NCBI GenBank assembly: GCA_951406725.2
Contig: OX597819.1
Location: forward strand, 23,684,001 to 23,748,000
From: Octopus vulgaris
Taxonomy: Eukaryota
DNA: 64,000 nucleotides
Reading direction: 5' to 3'
Shown here: one piece after another, positions 54,042 through 64,000 of the stretch
Numbering within the stretch: the first letter of the stretch is position 1
Layout of the letters: the number at the start of each line of letters is the position of its first letter
Notes under the pieces: generated by a model
What the model was told of the DNA's origin: nothing
The model's database searches: none
What the model saw: only the letters and a program-made list of their open reading frames with translations
Made by a program: the position numbers and the translations under genes

Positions 54042-54711
54042 ACAATGTCTATCCAGGGCTTAGCAATTACTTCCAGGACCTCAATGTAGGCAGCAGAATT
54101 AACTGTAAGGATTTGTGGTAAGAAGTAAGGTGGCATCACATGACCTTCATTGCTGACAACCCTTAAAACCATGGCAGTTGCAGGAAATTTTGTATGCATA
54201 ACACTTGGAACTTTGTATGCATGACGCTTGGAACTACAATCTAGGTTGTAGTTTTTCATATGCAGAAGATTTGCATATGTGTATACAATGGAAGGCCATA
54301 TGTATTTCGGTAAGACTCTAACACAGGAATGGATGGTTTAAATTTTTCGTGATTACATAACCGCTAATATTTGACCTCCTAATTGCTCAGATCTCAATCC
54401 CCTGGACTATTATATGTGGAGCGTTGTTGAGAGAGAGGACAATGGACACGCCCATAACACCAAAGATTCTTTGAAAGCTGCCATAGACTAATGTCCAAAA
54501 TGAACCAGGACCACTTGATTCGAGCATGTAGATGATTTAGATTTCATATAGAAGCACTTGTTGAAGCTGAAGGTGGCTTTATTGAATAACATAATAGGAA
54601 AGAAGTTTTATTTTTATCCTAATAGAATGTTTTGATAAATAAAATTATCTGTTGTTTTATATATGTTTTTTTTATAAACATAAATCTGTCCTCAAATATC
54701 TTACGCACCCT

Positions 54712-54712
<1 letters not shown>
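54042..54712. pseudogene. mariner-like (maT/DD37D-type) transposase relic with an internal inversion and 3' TIR
   Basis: Minus strand 54042-54215 VPSVMHTKFPATAMVLRVVSNEGHVMPP...KPWID; plus strand 54285-54588 NGRPYVF...PPNCSDLNPLDYYMWS...EAEGGFIE*; TIR-like end ...CTTACGCACCCTATA. Confidence 0.82.
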
Positions 54713-54756
<44 letters not shown>

Positions 54757-54798
54757 CATACATATATACACACACACATTCTATCTATCTATAAATGC

Positions 54799-54857
<59 letters not shown>

Positions 54858-55097
54858 CATACACACACATACCTGAGAGTAAATATTTGTGTGTCTATGT
54901 AAAAGCGTACGTATCCACGTGTTTGCATATCATTGTGATGGGTATTACTATAATTGTAACCGTATATGAACACCTGCTTTCTGTGTTTTTCTTTTTATTT
55001 ACATTGTGCGTATGTACATTCACGTTTTCGTGTATACGATTCCCGGTTGTAATTGCGAACGGGAATTTTTTACAAGCAACAAGCACACACACACACG

Positions 55098-55172
<75 letters not shown>

Positions 55173-55992
55173 CATGTAAATTTATTTTCGTATTTATGAG
55201 AAGCAGCTTTCATTTGTTGCATGTTTCATTAAATAGACGACAATGTTCAAGTTTTATCGTTTTCACTTTATATTCTCCATATTTTCTTATTAGCTTTTTA
55301 CAGCTGGTTTAGGACTATAAGACGAAATTAGATAGGAAAATACTAGAGGAAAATACTTACTTTATACAATTCTATGCACAAACAGAAGATTAATTATGGA
55401 AACCATACTCTTGTCAGAATACAATAACAAAAGTAACACTGAAGCTCATACATAAAAAAAAAATGAACACGAGGCTACTGACCTAAAAAAATAAAGAACA
55501 ATACGGTCAAAATTTCGACCGCGAGAAATGAACCAACACGTGATAGCTGACGCATGATGCTAACAATAAAAAACAAACAAACCTGTTTTGGGTAAGTCTA
55601 TACGAATTCATTCAATATATATAAATAACACAATTAATGCTAATCCTGATAATGAGACTGTGAAGTTCTAGAAACGTCGGATATGGATTTAGCAAGCCTT
55701 ACTGTTTCAAATTAACCGTAAAAAATATTAAAAAAAAATATGAAAAATATTCTCGCTCTAGGCAAACATGTGTAATGCATGCATTTCGGAGTGGTTGTCT
55801 TATTGTTTTTATTGAACAAGTTATTGAAAAACAACAAAACATTTACTGATCGTAAGAATTTATGAATTATTTTGTGTTGACTGGGACTGGACACGAATTT
55901 ATTTGTTTTGAAAAGCTGATGATTCACTTAATACGTAGCGCGAAATTTAGAGTAACGACGAAGTGAATCTTTGGCTTTTTTTAAAAATTACA

Positions 55993-56768
55993 TCTATATA
56001 TATAAAACTGCGTCTCATGTTTGATCTTTGACTTCTGGCCGAAATCAGATCGCCATGTTGGTTCGTTAGTTACTGCACGCATTTTTTTTCTCTCCTTCTT
56101 TCTGTGTTTTTTTCTCTCTGTGTATCTTTCTGTTGAAGAGCGTAGGCTCGAAACGTTAAAGACTTGTTTTATTTATATTTCCTGAGCGCCATACTAATAC
56201 AATTGTTTGTTTGTTTTCCACCTGCCTTTGTCTTTTGTCTATTTTCATAAAGCTTCCCGTTATATAAAACTGTAGTTGTGTGAGTGTCTGTCCCCTTCGA
56301 TTTAGATTCCTAACTACTCCCACATTTTGCGGTGCAGTTTAACCAAATTCGGGTATCTTATAGTCGTGATTCATATCGAGCCCGTCTGAGTATTAGCGCG
56401 CGTCTACGATGAGTCTACGATTTTAAAAATAATTTAACATAATTTTTTATTCCATTTTAATGCATAATTTTTCGTGTGTCGATGGCGGCGGAGTTGGCGT
56501 CCATGGTCACACCTGCACCTGTTTGCTTCTCCCCCTTCTTCCCTCCCTCGTGAAGCTGTGGGGAAGGGAGTGTAAGGAAATCAACGCCGTAAAGCGTTGT
56601 CAAGGAGACCAGCGTTCTTTTAGAACAACGACTTCATGGCTTGAAGACACCAAAACAGAAATGGCTAAGAAAGCCCGAATTGGCATCTATAAGGGAAGTA
56701 ACTCTCTAAAAATGCTTATATAGTTATTTCCCTTACAAACCCGAGCAACGCCGGGCGATAGTGCTAGT
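55993..56768 (+). mobile_element. Non-autonomous Helitron (family A long variant) interrupted near its 5' end
   Basis: A|TCTATATATATAAAAC start, CCCGAGCAACGCCGGG hairpin, CTAG|T end; matches 9250-9758. Confidence 0.9.
56011..56260 (+). mobile_element. Short Penelope-like element with hammerhead motif, flanked by a 12-bp TSD
   Basis: TSD TATATAAAACTG at 55999-56010 and 56261-56272; motif TCTTT-CTGTTGA-A-GAGC GTAG GCTC-GAAA-CG-TT-AAAGA at 56125-56162. Confidence 0.75.
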
Positions 56769-57378
56769 TTTGTATATGATAAACTTTTATCGAAATATAA
56801 AGCGTAAGATAACGAAATATTTTTTGAGTCATTATATAAAAATAAAATGTACCCCGTTGTAACGGCACGTGCATTCAATGAAATTCAAATTTCATACTGA
56901 CTAGCATAGAGTCAGCGTCTTTCACCAAGCCAATACCTTGAAAGAGAAAGAATGGAATAATGAAAATAGAAGATATAAAAGATGTCCAAAATCGACTTAA
57001 GAGAGAACGATGGATTCACGAAAGGAGTCGAAATAAGGTGAAAGGGGCGGGGGAAGAAGGAGAGAAAAGAATAACGATAAAAAAATAAAGAAATAAAAGA
57101 AAAACGAAGATGAAACAAATGCATATGACTATGACTTTGTCTGCAGTTTTCAGGTGAAAGTGAGTGGACGTCTATGCAACAGATGTTTCTCAACGTGTCT
57201 GCATTTCCCGGCTCATCTGATATCTGTGTAGATACTTCTTTTTTCTTTTAAGCACAGATAATATCATTTGCTTTTGATAATTTAGAAGTCTATTCTGTTT
57301 ATTACTTGTAGTAGTCGGCTGATTTTGATGCGTTTCTCTTCTCGACATGTTTAAAAGTGATTGTGTATGTGCGTGTGT

Positions 57379-57409
<31 letters not shown>

Positions 57410-58061
57410 CATGCACGAGCGTGCGTATATATATATGTATGTATATACATGCGCGCACATTATATATGTGCGTGTGTTCTTGTCTGTTCCTGTGTCTTCT
57501 GTCTCGCTAGTGTTGTCGGTAACCTGTGAAATTCAATTATTTTCTCAACCTCCTGGCAAGACGTAATCGTGTTTGATAGCATTTGGTTTTGAGAAAATGT
57601 GTTAATAGGCATTGTGCTTTTTAAAAGAAGCCGTTAACCACACAGAGAAGTCTTTTTATTGCATGTCATTTATTTTGAGTAAAAGAAAAAAAATGATCTT
57701 AACATTTTGACAGCTCCTTTAACCGAAATTTTGAAAACACAACTCTTCTTTTCTCATACACATATGTATTTGTCTCAACGCAACTATATCTTGCCTGGAC
57801 GATGAGAAAATAATTAGATTTCTAGTTTGTAAACAACAACAAAAACGACAGGATGTTGAGCGTGTGGGGGTAAATAAATGCTAAACAACAGATAGAATAA
57901 CCGTTTAAGAATTTGTTTGTACCAATAGGCGGCTGTTAATGTCTGTTGTCTGTTCGAAAGTTACTTAGCGTGATGGCTACGCTTTCTCCTCCAGTACGAA
58001 GGGGCCGCTATGTAGTGACTAGCAAATATTTCGGAAATGTTTCTCGTTCATGGTCCTGTTC

Positions 58062-58589
58062 GCGAGTTTTTTTTCCCACGAGAGTTCTGGACCCCAGCTA
58101 TGAACTCATTTGCATACAACCAATCAGAGCTCAACTATCAAACTAATTTATGAGCGCATAACAAGTGATGGGCGATAAGATAAGGTCACTTGGGCAAAGG
58201 ATGACCATGGTTCTTTTCTTTTTTAATAATGCTTGTTGTTCTTGTTCTTGTTTCAACCATTGATGCCTCTGCGTAGTTATGTGTTGTTGTTTACTTTCTA
58301 AAACAAACAGTAAAGGGAAAGGGTTGCGAGCACATCACCCTCTACCCACATTTTTCCCATCCACATCTTTACCATATGGGGCCCTAACGAAATCCGATAA
58401 TAAGTATAGATGCTAATCTATCTAATTACTTGTCTCCTAAAATCAGGCATAACTTGGCGATCAGTCGACTTACAGCAACATTCTTTGTCTCGAGTGTACT
58501 TGGTAGAGTGTGTTTGTGAACTTGACAACTGGCCGTATGCAAATGAGTTCATTACTGTGGTCCGGAAATCTCGTGGGAACAAATTTCGC
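58062..58589 (-). mobile_element. Shorter derivative of the MULE-like element at 43466-44508
   Basis: Same TIRs with ATGCAAAT; interior is the reverse complement of about 44050-44500; imperfect 9-bp TSD GTCCTGTTC / GTCTCGTTC. Confidence 0.78.
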
Positions 58590-58764
58590 GTCTCGTTCTG
58601 GGTGTGGGAGTAGAATGGAGTGAGTATTGTACTGTAGGCCGCTTATACACCACGAAAACCGGAATAAGCTCTGCCTCTAATGTTTCTGCAGGCTCGTGAC
58701 GGCTCTAAATATTTACACACACACACAACATCTACACACTTTCACATACCCACATACACATACC

Positions 58765-59001
58765 TATTACTTTATTACCCACAAGGGGCTAAACACAGAG
58801 GGGGCAAACAAGGACAGACATAGGTATTAAGTCGATTACATCGACCCCAGTGCGTAACTGGTACGTAATTTATCGACCCCGAAAGGATGAAAGGCAAAGT
58901 CGACCTCGGCGGTATTTGAACTCACAACGTAACGCAGACGAAATACCGCTAAGCATTTCGCCCGGCGTGCTAACGTTTCTGCCAGCTCGCCGTCTTTACA
59001 T
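58765..59001 (-). mobile_element. SINE family B with Tx1-like tail
   Basis: Full head, core and tail; 11-bp TSD ATACACATACC at 58754-58764 and 59002-59012. Confidence 0.9.
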
Positions 59002-60399
59002 ATACACATACCACACACACACACGTATACAAACATGCATATGTACTCATTCGCACATACAAAACTTGCATATACATACACGGACGCATACACACATGCA
59101 CACACTCATACACAAACTGCTCATACACAAACTGCTCCCACACACATAACCTCAACACATACCCACATACTCACATGCACATACGAACATACACACATAT
59201 ACACACAGGCATACACACCCATTCGCACATTTAAGCACACATACATTCACACACGCATACACGTATACACACTCACGCACACTCACACACAAATACACGT
59301 ATACACACTCACGCACACTCACACACAAATACACACATGCTCCTACACACTCTTACACATATACACAGCACATATGCATATACTCACACGCACGCACAAA
59401 CACATACACACATACGTACTCACACACATATACGAATACTAAGAACCACCTGAACGCATATATTAGTGTTGCTCGTACGATATACCAAAGTCAGTTGTAA
59501 CCAAAGTTGTTTCGAAAGATTCTCTTTCATTGATATTTTAGTGGAGGTCAAAATTAAGCTCGACCTAAACTCTAACTTCTAATCGTAAATGATCGTTTTC
59601 CAGTCTATTTTCTTTCATATCGAATAATCATTTGCTTCCTTCGTCAGTAAACGAAGACTATGGTCGGGAGACTTTATGGGTAATATGTTGCCCTTTTCAT
59701 TCACGGGTCGGGAATTTATATCTTGTTACAGACACATAAGCCTTGAAGTATCAGTTTACCTGAATGAAAATACGATATAAGCGACAAGAATGTTGAGTTA
59801 TTGAGTGACGAATTGTTTGAACGGCTGGCAAACATACAATTACGAAATTTTTCAATTCTGGTTTTGCACTTAACATTATTTTTTGTTCATTTTTTTTTTT
59901 ACCCATTCTTTAACTTGTTTCAGTCTCTGAAATGGTGGGGTGGTGGGGAGAAGGGACACATGCTGGACTACTGAACTGAAAGGTTGTTAAGTCAATAAAA
60001 TCGATCCCTATATATAATATAGGGATCGATTTTTTTAAAGCCATCTACTTATTGTATAGGTTGCTCCATTGCCGAACTGCCGAGTTACGAGGATGCAAAC
60101 AAACCTACATCAGTTGTCAAGCGCTGAGAGACAAAACACACATAAATAAGTGCAAGCACACACACACATATATATATAGAGACACATACATTCGTACATA
60201 CATACGCATATATAATGCACACACTCACACACGCACACACACACACACGCACACACACACACAAACACACACATATACGATGCACCACGGCATAGTTTTC
60301 TCCTTTAAAGTTCATTGGTTGACTTGATGCTATTTTATAAGGCAGTTATCCAAAATGTCGCAATGCCCGAAGTTGGACTGAGCCCAAAAGTATGTCATT

Positions 60400-60451
<52 letters not shown>

Positions 60452-60504
60452 GCACGCACTCTCACACACACACGCACACACACACGCGCACACAAACAAA
60501 CATA

Positions 60505-60943
60505 CTCCTTACTCTTTTACTTGTTTCAGTCATTTGACTGCGGCCATGCTGGAGCACCGCCTTTAGTCGAGCAAATCGACCCCAGGACTTATTCTTTGTA
60601 AGCCTAGTACTAATTCTATCGGTCTCTTTTGCCGAACCGCTAGGTTACGGGGACGTAAACACAACAACATCGGTTGTCAAGCGATGTTGTGGGGGGGGGG
60701 ACAAACACAGACACAGAAACACACACACACACACACATACATACACACACACACACATATATATATATATACATATATACGACGGGCTTCTTTCAGTTTC
60801 CATCTACCAAATCCACTCACAAGGCTTTGGTCGGCTCGAGGCTATAGTAGAAGACACTTGCCCAAAGTGCCACGCAGTGGGACTGAAGCCGGAAGCATGT
60901 GGTTGGTAAGCAAGCCACTTACCACACAGCCACTCCTGCGCCT
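60505..60943 (-). mobile_element. SINE family A, full length
   Basis: Reverse strand AGGCGCAGGAGTGGCTGTGTGGTAAG...AAGTAAAAGAGTAA. Confidence 0.93.
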
Positions 60944-61116
60944 ATATATATTTCTGTTGAATTAATGAGAAGTGATAAAGTACAGGCTTCAATACGTAAA
61001 TGTGCTATGTTCTCTTTAATATATTATAACTGAAAGGCTCCTTATTTTCATTATTCCGAGTTTCACATTTCTGTTCATTCAGCAAGTAACTAATTTTTCT
61101 CTTGAATTATCTGTTT

Positions 61117-61500
61117 GTGGCTGTGTGGTAAGTAGCTTGCTTACCAACCACATGGTTCCGGGTTCAGTCCCACTGCGTGGCACCTTGGGCAAGTGTCTTC
61201 TGCTATAGCCTCGGGCCGACCAAAGCCTTGTGAGTGGATTTGGTAGATGGAAACTGAAAGAAGCCCGTCGTATATATGTATATATATATGCATGTGTGTC
61301 TGTGTTTGTCCCCCCACATTGCTTGACAACCGATGCTGGTGTGTTTATGTCCCCGTCACTTAGCGGTTCGGCAAAAGAGACCGATAGAATAAGTACTGGG
61401 CTTACAAAGAATAAGTCCCGGGGTTGAGTTGCTCGATTAAAGGCGGTGCTCCAGCATGGCCACAGTCAAATGACTGAAACAAGTAAAAGAGTAAAAGAGT
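61117..61500 (+). mobile_element. SINE family A, near full length
   Basis: GTGGCTGTGTGGTAAGTAGC...GGTTCAGTCCC...CTTAGCGGTTCGGCAAAAGAG...GTAAAAGAGTAAAAGAGT. Confidence 0.93.
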
Positions 61501-61950
61501 AAGCAAAAAAACCTGCTTGGCTTTATGTTTCTTTTCGAGAAAAAAATATCGTGCGTGCGTTACGGGCAAAAATCAATGGCTGTTTCAAGCTCACGTTTTC
61601 ATTTCATATCTGGTTCTCGTAGGAATATATGAAACGTCTTAAACCTCGTACCAGAAATGTCACGCTAAGAACCGTCCACATGAAATTGTGTTGTTGTTTA
61701 AGTAATGTTTTAAAATCAAATTTTAAAAATACTTTGGCACTAATGATTTTACTGCCCGAGTTAGGTCGAAATGCGACGAAGCTGTTGCTTACCCTAAATA
61801 TACTTAGCTCCGTGTATATAACGTGCTAACAGTCCTGTTCTGTTGTTCAAACCATTACTGACTTGAAAGAAAAGTTCTTAATTTTTCTCTCAAACATAAA
61901 TACTTATAAGCATGCATATATGCATGTATGCGTGCATATATATCTATGTG

Positions 61951-62032
<82 letters not shown>

Positions 62033-62144
62033 CCTACCTACCTACCAACCTACCTACTTACCTACTTACCTACCTACCTACCTACCTACCTACCTACCTA
62101 CCAACCTACCTACCTATCTACAAACCTACCTACCTACCTACCTA

Positions 62145-62264
<120 letters not shown>

Positions 62265-63602
62265 GGTAAAGACCGCCTTCGGTCATGGATGACCATGAGA
62301 TTGCACCTACAAAGTTACCCTCCGAGGTACAAGTCCGGGTAAGGTTGTTTATGGAAGACCAGCAGTGTGTGTGTGTGTGTGTATGTGTAGGCATGTATGA
62401 TTATATATATTTTTTGTAATTATTTGTATATACATATATATATATGTGCGTGCGGATGTGTGTATATATGGGTATGTGTGAGTATATAGAAAGAAAGGGA
62501 GTGAGTGAGTGAGAGAGAGTGAATTACTCAGTACTGGAGATAGAGTATAGATAATCTAATTTGGTCAGTCAGGATTTTAACTGTTTGTTAAAGCAACTCA
62601 ATGACCAAGTGCTGAACAGGACAATAATTAACTCTAACTCTTTCGAACCTCGGGATTGAGAAGTGAACTTCTTAATTACTAGTCTAAGCAAGGAAACTTT
62701 CAGACATCCCTCAGGGTACAAACAGGGCTATGTGAATTTGTTCTGTTAATTACTTCAACCAATCGTTCTTCGAATATGCTAATTATTTCAGTCAATCATT
62801 CTTGACGAAGAAGCAAAGTGTTTCATGTGAAACTAGATGACTTCAATAAGCTTATTCAAATGCACTCTCTTCATCCTTGACTCTTAAGCTTATATTGTAT
62901 GATTACTGTTCGTCAGTCTCTTTATTCGCTATAATTCACTGTTGATGTGTTTTTCCACACTTCGTATACATTAACGACTAGTCACCGAGTTACAGAAATG
63001 TTTACGACTGAATTGTGTAACCTACTAAACACAAACCATGTGTACATAATGCACTATTTGTAAACTCTTAACATAGATAATCACACAACTGCGTAACAGC
63101 GGGGCACACTTTTCGTGTGAACTTCTTATTTTCACACCTCTCAGGCATCTCTTTAAACAAGGTAAATCAACTGTGGCCATTTTAAATCATTAAATAAACC
63201 CATTAACTATTGTTGTCTGTCGGTTATTCATATATGTCAATTAACCTTCATTTTGTAAGTCAACCATATCATAGTTTAACCGAGATAACAGTCTGTTACG
63301 TAAGAAGATCTCTGATCTCAAAGAATATAGTATTTAAGATCGATGAAGCCGGGAACTAACTGGTTACGAGTAGCTATCCCCTGTCTGATAAAGTGGATCC
63401 ATATTGCACGTATAAACTGATATCTTTTGCTGAACAAATCACATTCGCCTACCGTAAAAGCGACAGTTATACATGCCTAAAAATATTTCACACCGTGGAT
63501 ATAAAACGGAAGTTTAGAAATGTTGGTGAGGGGATTTAGGAACTTCGCTGTGGTCAAATGATTTGCAAGAATGAAAATAGATAAAACTAGAACATAGTTA
63601 TG

Positions 63603-63672
63603 TTCTTTCTTCCTTTCCTTCGTTCTTTCTTTCTTTCTTTCCTTATTCCTTCCTTCCTTCCTTCCTTCCTTC

Positions 63673-63711
<39 letters not shown>

Positions 63712-64000
63712 TTTTTCTTTTTTTCTTTCTTTCTTTCTTTCTTTCTTTTTTTCTTTCTTTCTTTCCTTCTTTCCTTCTTTTTTCCTTCTTCCTTCCTTCC
63801 TTCCGTCCTTCCTTCCTTTCTTTCTTTCCTTTTTCCTTCCTTCTTCTTTTCTTTCCTTCTTCCTTTCTTTTCTTCTTCCTTCTTCCTTCCTTCCTTTCTT
63901 TCTTTCTTTCTTTCTTTCCTTTTTCCTTCCTTCTTCCTTTCTTCCCTTCTTTCTTTCTTTCCTTCTTTCCTTCTTCCTTTCTTTCTTTCTTTCTTTCTTT
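63603..64000. repeat. Polypyrimidine tract (TTTC/TTCC)n
   Basis: About 400 bp of almost pure C/T, running to the window end. Confidence 0.97.

Noticed and set aside
55643-55682. Hammerhead-like string CTGATAA...GAAACGTC
   Set aside because: Core G8 is altered and stems I/II pair poorly; at best a decayed relic

Overview
AT-rich, very repeat-dense animal genomic DNA. The microsatellite load, SINE families and Dong-type LINEs point to an octopus (coleoid cephalopod) intronic or intergenic region; this taxon call is an inference. No intact host protein-coding gene can be supported, and most ORFs in the track are translations of microsatellites. The window is a mosaic of tRNA-derived SINEs (at least four families), non-autonomous Helitrons, Tc1/mariner, pogo-like and Mutator-like relics, a 5'-truncated CR1-type LINE, Dong/R4 3' ends in (TAA)n tracts, a Penelope-like GIY-YIG relic with minimal hammerhead ribozyme motifs in fold-back DNA, and an internally deleted Tx1/L1 element in (TATC)n. 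The three strongest leads are: (1) a candidate Tx1 LINE-SINE pair that shares a 3' tail and a GGTAT insertion-site motif and inserts into the SINE's own body; (2) Penelope-type hammerheads inside palindromes; (3) a long hairpin built on three tandem G.A mismatches that can form on one strand only.
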